Assembly: GCA_001683905.1 (NCBI GenBank)
Contig: LXQK01000131.1
Coordinates: 5,560 to 61,486, forward strand
DNA from: Marivirga sp. ANT-B6
Lineage (GTDB): Bacteria; Bacteroidota; Bacteroidia; Cytophagales; Cyclobacteriaceae
Direction: 5' to 3'
Length of the DNA: 55,927 bases
Positions within the stretch are counted from its first letter, which is position 1, and the number at the start of each line of letters is the position of its first letter. The position numbers were made by a program, and so were the translations under genes. Of this stretch, positions 28,469 through 38,688 are shown piece after piece. The notes under the pieces were generated by a model, which was given only the letters and a program-made list of their open reading frames with translations, was not told the origin of the DNA and did not search any database.

Positions 28469-29044
28469 ATGACAATTTACTTCGCTACCAATAATTTGCA
28501 TAAACTTGAAGAAATAAGGGCCATTTTGAGCAATCGATGGCAAATAGGAAGCCTGGTAGAGCTAAACTGTACTGAAGAACTACCTGAAACGCGGCAAACT
28601 TTAGAATGTAATTCGCTCCAGAAGGCAGCGCATCTATTCGACAGGTATAAGGTAGATTGTTTTGCCGACGATACTGGATTGGAAGTGGCTGCACTCGATG
28701 GCGCACCTGGCGTATACTCTGCCCGGTATGCCGGGCTAAAAGCTGATAATGAAGCAAATATAGATTTGCTGCTCAAAAATATGGTGGAGAAAGTGGACAG
28801 AACGGCCCAATTTCGAACCGTGATTACCCTAATATACCAAGGCAAAACCAGTCAGTTTACAGGTATCGTAAAGGGTACAATTGCTCATGAAAGGGTAGGG
28901 ATTAAAGGATTCGGCTATGACGCAATCTTCATTCCCGAAGGCGCAAATCGGTCTTTCGCAGAAATGTTGCCTGGCGAAAAGAATAAAATAAGCCACAGAG
29001 CCCGTGCCGTAGAAGAGCTTGTGGCCCATCTTCACCGCTTATAG
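28469..29044 (+). CDS. rdgB: Non-canonical purine NTP pyrophosphatase (dITP/XTP pyrophosphatase, RdgB/HAM1 family)
   Basis: It shows IYFATNNLHKLEEI, FADDTGLEVAALDGAPGVYSARYAG, GFGYDAIFIP and SHRARA. The ATG at 28469 is preferred over the upstream alternative start. Confidence 0.9.
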   Translation: MTIYFATNNLHKLEEIRAILSNRWQIGSLVELNCTEELPETRQTLECNSLQKAAHLFDRYKVDCFADDTGLEVAALDGAPGVYSARYAGLKADNEANIDLLLKNMVEKVDRTAQFRTVITLIYQGKTSQFTGIVKGTIAHERVGIKGFGYDAIFIPEGANRSFAEMLPGEKNKISHRARAVEELVAHLHRL

Positions 29045-29122
29045 CCTGTCGATGATGAGAAGACAAGAAAATAAAATAATTTACGCATAGAATATTATGT
29101 ACTATCCTTTAGTTTTGCCGGA

Positions 29123-29737
29123 ATGTATACGCCTTTTATAGTTGGAATAACGGGAGGAAGTGCATCTGGAAAAACGATGTTCTTAAATAGCCTTATCACC
29201 TCCTTTGCTCCAGACGAAATTACACTGATATCGCAGGATAATTATTATAAAACCCGTGACCTTCAACCCAGGGATGCGTTAGGGATTCAGAATTTTGATA
29301 CGCCTAACTCGATTAATTTCAATGAATATGTGGAAGACATCAACCAGCTAAAGTCCGGAAAAGCAGTTGAAAGGCTGGAGTATACCTTCAACAATCCCAA
29401 CAAGACTCCACGCCTGCTAACCTTCTTACCTGCACCTATACTGGTAGTAGAAGGACTATTTGTATTTAACTTTCCGGAGGTGTCAGATCTGCTAAATTTA
29501 AAGTTGTTCATTGAAGCAAAAGAACATATAAAATTGCGCCGAAGGATAAAACGCGATAACCAGGAGCGGGGCTACGACCTTGAAGATGTACTATACCGAT
29601 ATGAAAATCACGTAGCGCCCACTTACGAGAAATATATAAAACCATTAAGGTGCGATGCTGACGTCATTATTCCCAATAACCATCATTATGACGTAGCGCT
29701 GGAAATGGTAGTCGCCTATTTACGGACCAAGCTATAG
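29123..29737 (+). CDS. udk: Uridine kinase
   Basis: P-loop GITGGSASGKT, followed by SQDNYYK and RRIKRDNQERG motifs. Confidence 0.9.
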   Translation: MYTPFIVGITGGSASGKTMFLNSLITSFAPDEITLISQDNYYKTRDLQPRDALGIQNFDTPNSINFNEYVEDINQLKSGKAVERLEYTFNNPNKTPRLLTFLPAPILVVEGLFVFNFPEVSDLLNLKLFIEAKEHIKLRRRIKRDNQERGYDLEDVLYRYENHVAPTYEKYIKPLRCDADVIIPNNHHYDVALEMVVAYLRTKL

Positions 29738-29829
29738 AATAATTAGTACTCGCGGCGAACAAATTATAAAATTAATGAACTTTTAGCTTGATATATGCAG
29801 TATTATAATTAGTTTTGCTGCCATTTTAA

Positions 29830-30168
29830 ATGAAAAATAAAGTAAATATATCTACAGGTAAACGCCTACTGCTGATCTTTTTTGCAGCCTTTGTGTCTAT
29901 GTATATCATAGGGCAACAGCCTTTTCAACATCATTTTCCGAAACAAGAAAAAGAAAAGAAAGAGCAAAAGAGTGAAGAAATTGTATCAGTATCCTGCGAG
30001 GCTATTGTGCCATTTTTGCAGGTAAGCCTGCATCATGGTTTATATTTTATTTTTGAAAAAGTACAGGAAGAGGATCATCAGATTGTCTCAGTCCCTGTTA
30101 CTCCCTTGTTCAACAACTCCTTTTTTAACACCCTCTTCAGGCTGATTATCTCGCCTAATGCCCCTTAG
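29830..30168 (+). CDS. Hypothetical small membrane-anchored protein
   Basis: 112-aa ORF with one N-terminal TM segment (LLLIFFAAFVSMYII) followed by a KE-rich segment. I recognised no motif, so coding status is uncertain. Confidence 0.35.
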   Translation: MKNKVNISTGKRLLLIFFAAFVSMYIIGQQPFQHHFPKQEKEKKEQKSEEIVSVSCEAIVPFLQVSLHHGLYFIFEKVQEEDHQIVSVPVTPLFNNSFFNTLFRLIISPNAP

Positions 30169-30249
30169 CGTTTCGTCACGCTTTGTCATGTGTAATCCGC
30201 CTGTTAATACTACAGGCTATCCATAGTTTTTACCCAAAATTTTACAAAA

Positions 30250-33200
30250 ATGCGCAATAAAGGTTTTATTATTTTCCTGACAGTGATTGTGACACTACTG
30301 TGTGTATATTACCTGTCTTTTACATTTGTATCCCGCAATATTCAGCAGGATGCCATAGCCTATGCTACCGACGAAAGTGGTAGTGTAGATTATTACAAGA
30401 AAAATGCCTACCTGGACTCCTTATGGAAAGTACCGGTGTACAACTTATTTGGTATTGAATACACTTATGAAGAGATCAAGGAAACTGAGTTGAACCTAGG
30501 GCTTGACCTTCAAGGTGGGATGCACGTAACCCTGGAAGTTTCTCCGGTAGAAATCGTACAGGGTTTATCGGGCAACAACGATGATAAGGTATTTCTGGAC
30601 GCCATAAAAGAAGCCCGGACGAAGTCAAAAAATAGCCAGGAAAGTTTCACTAAGCTATTTTATCAGGCTTACAAAGACAAGCGCCCGGACGGGAAGTTAA
30701 GCACTTTATTTTCCAATGCAGCCAACCGTGACCGGATCAACTCCCAAACATCAGATGCGGAGATACTTGCTATCATAGATGCTGAAATTAACGACGCTAT
30801 CGACAGATCCTTCAATATCTTAAATACGAGGATCAACAGGTTCGGAACATCTCAACCCAACATACAAAGACTACAAGGCACTGAAAGAATTCAGGTAGAG
30901 CTTCCCGGCGTAGACAACCCAAAGCGTGTGAGAGAACTGTTGCAAAGTGTAGCAAAGCTTGAATTCTGGGAAGTATATGAGCCTAATGAATTCGGCGGAT
31001 TCTTACAGAGCATTAATGAAATGCTTGTACAGGAGCAAAGGGCAAACCAGCCGAAAATTGCTGCAAGCAATCCGCTGGAGGCTACCTCGGATTCCACGAC
31101 GGTGGAAGGTCAGCAGGTACTCGATAGTCTGGATACGGCTACGCCATCTCAGGAGCAGCTTGAAGCTGAAGCTGAAGACCTCGCTGCTCAGCTATCAGGT
31201 AAATCTTCAGATTCAACTAACCTGGATTCCTTGATGAATTCAACCGTTTCGCCATTGTTTAGCCTGATCAAATCGCAGTATGGATTAATTTATGACGTAA
31301 GAGACACAGCGCAAATCAATAGGATCTTGAACCGTCAGGATGTGCAATCTATGCTTCCTCCAAATTTGAAATTCCTTTGGGCTTCAAAACCAGACAGGCT
31401 AAAGGATGGTACAGGACTATTGGAACTTTTTGCTATAAAAAAAGGACGTCAGGGGAAAGCACCATTGGATGGCAAGGTAATTACCAATGCATCGCAACAG
31501 CTGGATCAATCGGCCAGACCTGCTGTAAGCATGTCAATGAACGCTGAGGGTGCTAAAAAATGGCGCCAATTGACGGGCAATAATATTGGGGGCCGGATTG
31601 CTATAGTACTAGATGATTATGTATTAACAGCACCCAATGTACAAGGTGAGATACCTGGTGGGAGTTCTGAAATTACTGGAAATTTTACCATCAATGAGGC
31701 GAAAGATTTGGCTAACCTGTTGAAGGCCGGTTCATTACCTGCACCAACTCAAATTGTAGAAGATACAGTGATCGGGCCAACATTAGGTGCCGAGGCACAG
31801 GCACAGGGTGTCATATCCATTCTGGCAGGTTTAGGTATTGTCATCCTGTTTATGGTTGCCTATTATGCCAAGGGTGGGCTTGTGGCAAATATCGCACTGA
31901 TATTCAATATATTCTTTATCCTCGGTATACTTGCGCAGCTCAATGCGGCACTCACATTGCCAGGTATTGCTGGTATCGTGCTTACCATCGGTATGTCTAT
32001 AGATGCCAACGTGCTAATCTTTGAACGTATCCGTGAAGAACTGAAAAACGGCCTGGGGCTGCGAGCTGCTATTGCCAATGGATACGATAAAGCCTATAGT
32101 GCCATCATAGATTCTAACGCGACGACTTTCCTTACCGGTGTAATTTTGTACGTATTGGGACAAGGTCCTGTAAAAGGGTTTGCCATAACACTGATGATTG
32201 GTATATTTTGCTCATTCTTTTCTGCTGTATTTATCACCCGCGTGGTGGTAGAGTGGCTGGCAAGAAAAGGTGACGATAGCAAATTATCATTTGCCATGCC
32301 TTTCTCCGATAATCTGCTGGCAAATCTGAATGTGGATTTTCTTTCTAAAAGAAAAATTGCCTATATCTTTTCAGGCGTCTTCATAGGCGTGGGCATGCTA
32401 GTGCTTATCATGCAGGGCGGATTGAATCTGGGCGTAGACTTTAAGGGTGGTCGTACCTATGTGGTTGCATTCTCCGATCCAGTTGTGGCCTCGGAGCTAA
32501 AGGTTGCCCTGGCTGATAACTTTGAAAATTCGGGCACAGAGGTGAAGACGTATGGTTCGGACAATGTATTGAAGGTGACCACGAGTTATCTTATCGATGA
32601 AGAATCTGTTGAAACCGATGAGCTGGTGCAATCCAGACTCATTGAAGGTGTGAAAGGGATGACCGGCTACGCCTATGTTAACGACGGTGGTGCATTAAAT
32701 GATAAAAGCTTTAACATACTGAGTACCTCAAAAGTAGAGCCTACCATCGCCAACGACATTAAAAGATCATCTTTGGAGTCCGTGATATTTTCCTTGATCG
32801 TCATTTTTGTATATATCTTAATCAGGTTTAGAAAATGGCAGTATGGGTTAGGTGCTGTAATTGCCTTGTTTCACGATACTTTAGCAGTCGTTGCAGCCTT
32901 TGCCTTTGCGGGGCTTTTCGGAAAGGTGTTTGAAATTGACCAGGTATTTATTGCAGCTATGCTTACTGTCATTGGTTACTCGATCAACGATACGGTGATT
33001 GTTTTTGACAGGATCAGGGAAGAGGTGAGCTTGCGTGCTACAACAAATCTTAATAATACTTTCAATCTGGCCATCAATAACACAATGAGCAGGACCGTGA
33101 TTACTTCGTTTACTACCTTAATTGTGGTAATTGTATTATTCGTTTTCGGCGGTGAAGTTTTGCGAGGTTTCTCCTTTGCTCTATTGGTAGGTATTCTAGT

Positions 33201-33297
33201 CGGAACATATTCTTCCATCTATATTGCTACACCAGTAGTACTGGATCTTTCTAAGAAGAAAGCCAAAAAAGCCCAGCTAGCTACAGCAGGAAAGTAA
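30250..33297 (+). CDS. secDF: Protein translocase subunit SecDF (fused SecD-SecF)
   Basis: 1015 aa with an N-terminal TM segment and a large periplasmic domain containing LGLDLQGGMHVTLEV. Two 6-TM RND-like modules follow (IDANVLIFERIREE and INDTVIVFDRIREE). Confidence 0.95.
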   Translation: MRNKGFIIFLTVIVTLLCVYYLSFTFVSRNIQQDAIAYATDESGSVDYYKKNAYLDSLWKVPVYNLFGIEYTYEEIKETELNLGLDLQGGMHVTLEVSPVEIVQGLSGNNDDKVFLDAIKEARTKSKNSQESFTKLFYQAYKDKRPDGKLSTLFSNAANRDRINSQTSDAEILAIIDAEINDAIDRSFNILNTRINRFGTSQPNIQRLQGTERIQVELPGVDNPKRVRELLQSVAKLEFWEVYEPNEFGGFLQSINEMLVQEQRANQPKIAASNPLEATSDSTTVEGQQVLDSLDTATPSQEQLEAEAEDLAAQLSGKSSDSTNLDSLMNSTVSPLFSLIKSQYGLIYDVRDTAQINRILNRQDVQSMLPPNLKFLWASKPDRLKDGTGLLELFAIKKGRQGKAPLDGKVITNASQQLDQSARPAVSMSMNAEGAKKWRQLTGNNIGGRIAIVLDDYVLTAPNVQGEIPGGSSEITGNFTINEAKDLANLLKAGSLPAPTQIVEDTVIGPTLGAEAQAQGVISILAGLGIVILFMVAYYAKGGLVANIALIFNIFFILGILAQLNAALTLPGIAGIVLTIGMSIDANVLIFERIREELKNGLGLRAAIANGYDKAYSAIIDSNATTFLTGVILYVLGQGPVKGFAITLMIGIFCSFFSAVFITRVVVEWLARKGDDSKLSFAMPFSDNLLANLNVDFLSKRKIAYIFSGVFIGVGMLVLIMQGGLNLGVDFKGGRTYVVAFSDPVVASELKVALADNFENSGTEVKTYGSDNVLKVTTSYLIDEESVETDELVQSRLIEGVKGMTGYAYVNDGGALNDKSFNILSTSKVEPTIANDIKRSSLESVIFSLIVIFVYILIRFRKWQYGLGAVIALFHDTLAVVAAFAFAGLFGKVFEIDQVFIAAMLTVIGYSINDTVIVFDRIREEVSLRATTNLNNTFNLAINNTMSRTVITSFTTLIVVIVLFVFGGEVLRGFSFALLVGILVGTYSSIYIATPVVLDLSKKKAKKAQLATAGK

Positions 33298-33320
33298 GCT
33301 TATTAATGTATCAAATAAAA

Positions 33321-33358
33321 AAGGAAAAGCCGCGGATATCAGCGGCTTTTCCTTTTTT
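33321..33358. terminator. Bidirectional rho-independent terminator shared by secDF (+) and aspS (-)
   Basis: AAGGAAAAGCCGC (33321-33333) pairs perfectly with GCGGCTTTTCCTT (33342-33354). The stem is flanked by an A-run on the 5' side and a T-run on the 3' side. Confidence 0.85.
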
Positions 33359-33381
33359 ATTTAACCAGTGCTCGAATAACT

Positions 33382-35127
33382 TTACTTCAAAGCAATACCC
33401 AACTCTTTTAATTGCTCCTGCGAGATATTCGAAGGAGAGTCGATCATCACATCTCTACCCGCGTTGTTTTTAGGAAAAGCAATGAAATCGCGTATGGAAT
33501 CGACACCTCCAAATAACGCACATAGCCTGTCGAAGCCAAAGGCAATACCTCCATGTGGTGGTGCCCCATATTCAAAAGCCTCCATGAGGAAGCCAAACTG
33601 TTTTTTCGCCTCTTCCTGGGTGAAGCCAAGGTGTGTGAACATCAGCTGCTGGGTAGCCCTATCATGAATTCTTATCGATCCACCTCCTACTTCCACGCCA
33701 TTGATGACCATATCATAGGCATTGGCACGTACCGAAGCAGGGTCAGTATCCAGCAGGTGCATATCTTCTGGCTTTGGCGATGTAAAAGGGTGATGCATGG
33801 CATGAAAACGCTTACTTTCTTCATCCCACTCCAACAGCGGAAAATCGAGCACCCAAAGGGGCTTAAAGTCATCCCTTCGACGCAATCCCAGATCCGTTCC
33901 CAATTTCAGTCTTAGCTCAGAAAGTGCCTTTCTTGTATGGTGCGTATCGCCTGATAAAACCAACAGCAGATCTCCTGGTTTGGCTTCCATCTGCGTAGCC
34001 CATGCCTGAAGGTCTTGCTCACTATAAAATTTATCGACGGACGACTTTAAGCTGCCGTCCATATTATATTTCACATAAATTAATCCCTTGGCTCCTATCT
34101 GTGGCTTTTTTACATACTCCGTAAGCTCATCAGTTTGCTTCCTGGTATATGCTGCACATCCTTCTACACGGATGCCTACCACCAGCTCGGCCTGATCGAA
34201 GATAGCAAAACCTTTACCCTGGGCTAATCCATTAAGTTCGTGGAATCGCATATCGAAGCGAACATCTGGTTTATCAGAGCCATACAATTTCATGGCGTCG
34301 GCATATTGCATGCGTGGAAAGACACCTAAAGTCACGCCTTTCACTTTTTCGAATAAATGCTTGACCAGCCCCTCAAATGTTGATAAAATATCTTCCTGGG
34401 TAATAAAAGACATCTCACAATCGATCTGGGTAAATTCCGGCTGCCTGTCCGCACGTAAGTCTTCGTCGCGGAAGCACTTAACAATCTGAAAATACCTGTC
34501 GAATCCTGACACCATAAGCAACTGCTTAAAGGTCTGCGGCGATTGCGGTAAGGCATAAAATTCACCTTGATTGATCCTTGATGGCACGACAAAATCACGT
34601 GCGCCTTCGGGAGTAGACTTGATGAGCACAGGGGTTTCCACCTCTATAAACTCCTGCGCATCAAGGTACAACCTGGTTTGTTGCATCATCCTATGGCGGA
34701 GCTCAAGGTTCTTTCGCACGATGCCCCTTCGCAAATCAAGGTAGCGGTATTTCATACGTAAATCTTCCCCACCGTCTGTTTCATCCTCGATAATAAATGG
34801 CGGAACTTTGGATACATTCAATACCTCCAATTCCTTTACAAAAATCTCGATATCACCTGTTGGAATTTTATCATTTTTGGAAAAACGCTCCTTGACTTCG
34901 CCTTTTACCTGCAACACATACTCCCTACCTACCTTTTGGGCAACTTCACGAACAGCTTTGTCGGCAATGCCTTCTTCAAATACAAGTTGTATTAGGCCAT
35001 ATCTATCCCGAAGGTCGATCCACAACATGCCCCCTTTATCCCTGACTTTTTGAACCCAGCCACAAAGGACTACTTCACTATTAACATCTGTTATTCTCAA
35101 CTCGCCACATTGGTGTGTCCTCAACAT
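33382..35127 (-). CDS. aspS: Aspartate--tRNA ligase
   Basis: 581 aa with [11 protein letters not shown]...GWV, the class II motifs [18 protein letters not shown] and GGGSIRIH, and GLDRL-type FGFDRL. Confidence 0.95.
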   Translation of the reverse strand: MLRTHQCGELRITDVNSEVVLCGWVQKVRDKGGMLWIDLRDRYGLIQLVFEEGIADKAVREVAQKVGREYVLQVKGEVKERFSKNDKIPTGDIEIFVKELEVLNVSKVPPFIIEDETDGGEDLRMKYRYLDLRRGIVRKNLELRHRMMQQTRLYLDAQEFIEVETPVLIKSTPEGARDFVVPSRINQGEFYALPQSPQTFKQLLMVSGFDRYFQIVKCFRDEDLRADRQPEFTQIDCEMSFITQEDILSTFEGLVKHLFEKVKGVTLGVFPRMQYADAMKLYGSDKPDVRFDMRFHELNGLAQGKGFAIFDQAELVVGIRVEGCAAYTRKQTDELTEYVKKPQIGAKGLIYVKYNMDGSLKSSVDKFYSEQDLQAWATQMEAKPGDLLLVLSGDTHHTRKALSELRLKLGTDLGLRRRDDFKPLWVLDFPLLEWDEESKRFHAMHHPFTSPKPEDMHLLDTDPASVRANAYDMVINGVEVGGGSIRIHDRATQQLMFTHLGFTQEEAKKQFGFLMEAFEYGAPPHGGIAFGFDRLCALFGGVDSIRDFIAFPKNNAGRDVMIDSPSNISQEQLKELGIALK

Positions 35128-35378
35128 ATTTTATTCATTAGATTTAAAGGTAAATTTAAGGATTGTTTTAAGTTTTTTCAGAAAGTAGCCTTCAACTTTA
35201 CTATAATAGCCTGATTATTTTATAATTTGGCGAATATTTGGAATGATTTTTATTATCCTCACATAGGATTTAATCTTCAGGACCAAAAATTGATGGGTTG
35301 AAAATTACAAGATGGCAAAATTGCCTTCTGAAAATTGTCAACATCTTCTTCCACAACAATAATCATAAAGTTAAAAAC

Positions 35379-35927
35379 ATGAAATATATCCTATTTATTG
35401 CTTTTTTATTCTTTCCATTGAAGGGCGAAAAAATGGTGAAAGTGAAAATTGCCGATGGTATTACGGTGATGTTACCCGAGACTTTTACGCCTATGACAGC
35501 GCAGGATTTGGCCTCTAAATATTTATCTGCCCGAACCCCACTGGCTTCTTATACCAGTTCTGATCGGGTAGCAGATTTCACCGTCAATACGGCAAACAGT
35601 GCGTGGGCAGCCACCGATATAGAAATCATGCATAAATTCAACAAAGCGAATATCAACAGCTTGTTTACAGCGATAAATTTTTCTAAAGAAGAAATTATTG
35701 AGCTAAATGGCCGGAAATTTTCGGTTTTTGAATTCGTTTCTGTTTTGGAGGGTGAAGAGAGCGTAGTGAACCCACAACCACCGGTGAAGAAGTACAATTA
35801 CATCCTCTACACCATCGTCAATAACCAAAGCATGATATTTTCCTTCAGTGCACCTGCCTCTAAAAAGCAGCTTTGGGAAGAAAATGCTCGCGAAATCATG
35901 CAAAGTATAAAAATAAACAAACACTGA
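35379..35927 (+). CDS. Hypothetical secreted protein
   Basis: The start is taken at MKYILFIAFLFFPLKG, a signal-like N-terminus. I recognised no motif. Confidence 0.5.
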   Translation: MKYILFIAFLFFPLKGEKMVKVKIADGITVMLPETFTPMTAQDLASKYLSARTPLASYTSSDRVADFTVNTANSAWAATDIEIMHKFNKANINSLFTAINFSKEEIIELNGRKFSVFEFVSVLEGEESVVNPQPPVKKYNYILYTIVNNQSMIFSFSAPASKKQLWEENAREIMQSIKINKH

Positions 35928-35982
35928 CCAGCATTAGCCGTTAACCAAATAGAATCTATTGACAGGATGAAAATGGCACACA

Positions 35983-36429
35983 GTGATTCCTAAGCTTTCA
36001 GATGAATATTTCATGCGGGAAGCTTATAAACAGGCTGAAACTGCTTTCCTGGATGGTGAAATACCTGTAGGTGCTGTAATAGTATGCAATGGTAAAGTTA
36101 TTGCCAGGGCGTACAACCAATGTGAACGGCTAAATGATGTGACTGCACATGCAGAGATGCTTGCTTTAACGTCTGCTTTTAACTACCTGGGGTCGAAATA
36201 CCTGGACCAATGTACGCTTTATACGACACTGGAGCCTTGTATTATGTGTTCCGGCGCCGTGTTCTGGGCAAAGCTTCAACGAATTGTGTATGCTGTTGAA
36301 GATCCCAAACGAGGATTTTCACGCATATCGGAGCGGATTCTCCATCCAAAAACAGAAGTCCTGTCCGGCATTTTACATGAAGAATGTAAAATACTTTTAG
36401 ATGAATTCTTTAAGAAATTAAGGGATTAG
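35983..36429 (+). CDS. tadA: tRNA adenosine(34) deaminase
   Basis: CDA zinc motifs HAEMLAL and PCIMCSGA. It has a GTG start, and the upstream ATGs are out of frame. Confidence 0.9.
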   Translation: MIPKLSDEYFMREAYKQAETAFLDGEIPVGAVIVCNGKVIARAYNQCERLNDVTAHAEMLALTSAFNYLGSKYLDQCTLYTTLEPCIMCSGAVFWAKLQRIVYAVEDPKRGFSRISERILHPKTEVLSGILHEECKILLDEFFKKLRD

Positions 36430-36471
36430 TACTAATTTTAATCTATTGTTTAACTAAATTTTTTAATAATT

Positions 36472-37086
36472 ATGGCTTTCGAATTACCTTCACTACCCTA
36501 TGCGACCAATGCCCTTGAATCTTCTATTGATGCTAAAACCATGGAAATCCACCACGGTAAACATCATAATGGGTATGTTACCAAATTAAATGCTGCAATA
36601 AAAGGTACCGACCTTGAGGCGAAATCATTGGAAGATCTCATGAAAAATGTGAGTCAATACCCTACTGCAGTTAGAAACAATGGAGGTGGCCATTATAACC
36701 ATTCTCTGTTCTGGACGATTTTATCACCGAATGGTGGCGGAGCACCTTCCGGTGAACTTTCTAATGCCATCGACAAAAAGTTTGGCTCTCTGGACAAGTT
36801 CAAAGAAGAATTTTCTGATGCTGCTGGCAATCGATTCGGCTCGGGATGGGCCTGGCTAGCCGTAGATGCCCAAGGAGACTTGTTCGTAACGTCTACTGCC
36901 AATCAGGACAATCCACTTATGGATGTAGCGGAAGGAAAAGGCACACCTATTTTAGGATTAGATGTTTGGGAACATGCATACTACCTAAAATATCAAAATC
37001 TGCGGCCTGACTATATTGCTGCTTTTTGGAAGGTGGTAAATTGGGACGAAGTAGCAAAGAAATACAAGGCAGTTGCTAAGAAATAG
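36472..37086 (+). CDS. Fe/Mn superoxide dismutase
   Basis: It shows [33 protein letters not shown] and [13 protein letters not shown]. Metal specificity cannot be decided by eye. Confidence 0.95.
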   Translation: MAFELPSLPYATNALESSIDAKTMEIHHGKHHNGYVTKLNAAIKGTDLEAKSLEDLMKNVSQYPTAVRNNGGGHYNHSLFWTILSPNGGGAPSGELSNAIDKKFGSLDKFKEEFSDAAGNRFGSGWAWLAVDAQGDLFVTSTANQDNPLMDVAEGKGTPILGLDVWEHAYYLKYQNLRPDYIAAFWKVVNWDEVAKKYKAVAKK

Positions 37087-37106
37087 TCGTAGCTGACCAC
37101 TAAATA

Positions 37107-37136
37107 AAAATGGCCCCACGAGGGCCATTTTTTTTT
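37107..37136. terminator. Bidirectional terminator (TGGCCC-CACGA-GGGCCA followed by T9)
   Basis: Read directly. An A5 run lies upstream and a T9 run downstream. It overlaps the stop of the convergent minus-strand gene. Confidence 0.8.
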
Positions 37137-37518
37137 AATGCACAATGCCACATTCTTTACAGAATTTTCTTTTACCGGGCTTTCGTTTTTTAGGTTTCTT
37201 CTTATGTCCAAAATAAGAAGGATCTGAATACTGGGGCTTCTCCATCGCTTTGGCCATTTTTTCTTTGGCTTTCACATTGGCCTTCATCCTGGCCTCGTAC
37301 TCTTCTATTTTTACATCACGGTTATTCGACTTATTCGACTTCCGCTTCTTCTTGGAAGCAGCAGGCGCAGCGCCTACAGAAAAATCCGGATCCCTGGAAG
37401 ATGGAGACTGACTAAAGTCTGCTGCCGCACTTTTATTCTTTTTAGATTTTTTTGCTTGCGCTTCTGCAGAACCAACCGAGACGAAAAAAAATAACATCAA
37501 TACCACAAAATATTTCAT
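37135..37518 (-). CDS. Hypothetical secreted, extremely lysine-rich protein with a C-terminal CxxC
   Basis: Signal peptide MKYFVVLMLFFFVSVGSAEAQ, K-rich tracts and the C-terminus HKKKPKKRKPGKRKFCKECGIVH. Confidence 0.55.
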   Translation of the reverse strand: MKYFVVLMLFFFVSVGSAEAQAKKSKKNKSAAADFSQSPSSRDPDFSVGAAPAASKKKRKSNKSNNRDVKIEEYEARMKANVKAKEKMAKAMEKPQYSDPSYFGHKKKPKKRKPGKRKFCKECGIVH

Positions 37519-37861
37519 ACATCTGTTCTTATATGAGCCGCAAAATTGCATATTTATAACTCTTTAGCAAAGATGTTATTGTTAAAATGAATGGGAATTA
37601 TTAAAAGAAAAACTTTCAATAATCGGGGTTTATTGCTTTTTTTACAATATATATATTGAAAAATAGTTTACAATTAGATATTTTTAGCGCACAATTAAGT
37701 AATATTGTTCACAATGAAATTATAACTTAACCTAGAAAATGGCGGACAAGGGTTTTTGCTTGCATCCATTTCCAGTTGACGTTGACCTTTAAATAAAACA
37801 CCTCGCCACCGGTTTGTCTCCTAGAAAGACGTTTGAGGTACCTTACTTTAAATATTTAAAT

Positions 37862-38506
37862 ATGAAATCATTTCTCATCCACGCCTTCTTAATTTTATTG
37901 ACTATTTCATTCGCCTGGGCGCAAGACACTACAAATGCGGAAGTTGAAGCATCGGCTCCTTCCAACCTCCTTGAAGATCAGTTTAACGATTTAAAAAACA
38001 ACTCTAATTCGTACCAGGAGTACAAAGTGATAAAATTAAGTGCTCTTAACTCCTTCTGGAAAATTGTAAAAGATAGCTTAAAAGCCAATGATCAGGAGCT
38101 GATCACTGCCCGGCAAAACATCATCAGCCAGAATCAGCAAATTCTGGTCCTGAAGCAGGACAATGCCTTAAAAGAAAAAGAGGTACAGAAAAGCACCTAT
38201 GACATTGCCAACATTTCCGTATTAGGTGTAGATATGGAGAAGGGTAAATATGTGACCATCAATTGGTTCATCATTGGCGGATTGCTGTTACTTTTGGGTG
38301 TCGTCTTTTATCAATATAAAGAGAGCAAAAAAGTTTCTTCAGAAAAGCGTAAGGCTTATGAAGAAATAGATCTTGAATATAATGACCACAAGCAAAAGTC
38401 GAGAGAAAAAGAGCTTAAGATCAAGCGTGAGTTGCAAACTGAGATGAACCGGGTGGAGGAACTGAATCAGCAAATTGCGGCGCTGAGAAAGCAGGCGCAT
38501 ATGTAG
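37862..38506 (+). CDS. Hypothetical coiled-coil membrane protein
   Basis: Signal peptide MKSFLIHAFLILLTISFAWAQ, heptad-like central segment, one TM segment (WFIIGGLLLLLGVVFY) and a charged coiled-coil tail. Confidence 0.6.
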   Translation: MKSFLIHAFLILLTISFAWAQDTTNAEVEASAPSNLLEDQFNDLKNNSNSYQEYKVIKLSALNSFWKIVKDSLKANDQELITARQNIISQNQQILVLKQDNALKEKEVQKSTYDIANISVLGVDMEKGKYVTINWFIIGGLLLLLGVVFYQYKESKKVSSEKRKAYEEIDLEYNDHKQKSREKELKIKRELQTEMNRVEELNQQIAALRKQAHM

Positions 38507-38540
38507 TTTCCGCTCCTCGCGGCAGGACATTTACTAAGAT

Positions 38541-38579
38541 AAAAAGGCTTGCAAAATAGATTTTGCGAGCCTTTTTATT
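38541..38579. terminator. Bidirectional terminator (AAAAAGGCTTGCAAAA...TTTTGCGAGCCTTTTT)
   Basis: Read directly. It contains one G-U pair and lies between convergent transcription units. Confidence 0.7.
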
Positions 38580-38590
38580 TATATCTTTTT

Positions 38591-38675
38591 GCGGCCGGGA
38601 TAGGAGTGAAAACCCCGGTATGGGCACGGTTTGCGTAGGCCCGGCGTTGTAACGGAAAGCCCGAAATGCCGCCCC
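38591..38675 (-). other. GC-rich element of about 85 nt with multi-hairpin potential, in the 3' UTR of the cys operon; function unknown
   Basis: Complementary pairs are GCGGC/GCCGC (outer), CCGGG/CCCGG and GGGC/GCCC, within an otherwise AT-rich spacer. Strand assignment is uncertain. Confidence 0.3.
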
Positions 38676-38688
38676 AGCACTTTTTGAC

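Noticed and set aside
31141-31200. Short tandem GAAGCT repeat (gaagctgaagctgaagac) inside secDF.
   Set aside because: It encodes an EAEAED acidic linker in the periplasmic domain. This is ordinary low complexity rather than a structural repeat element.
38421-38627. 68-aa minus-strand ORF spanning the GC-rich element and the terminator.
   Set aside because: It runs straight through a bidirectional terminator hairpin and overlaps the 3' end of the convergent CDS. The protein has no recognisable features.
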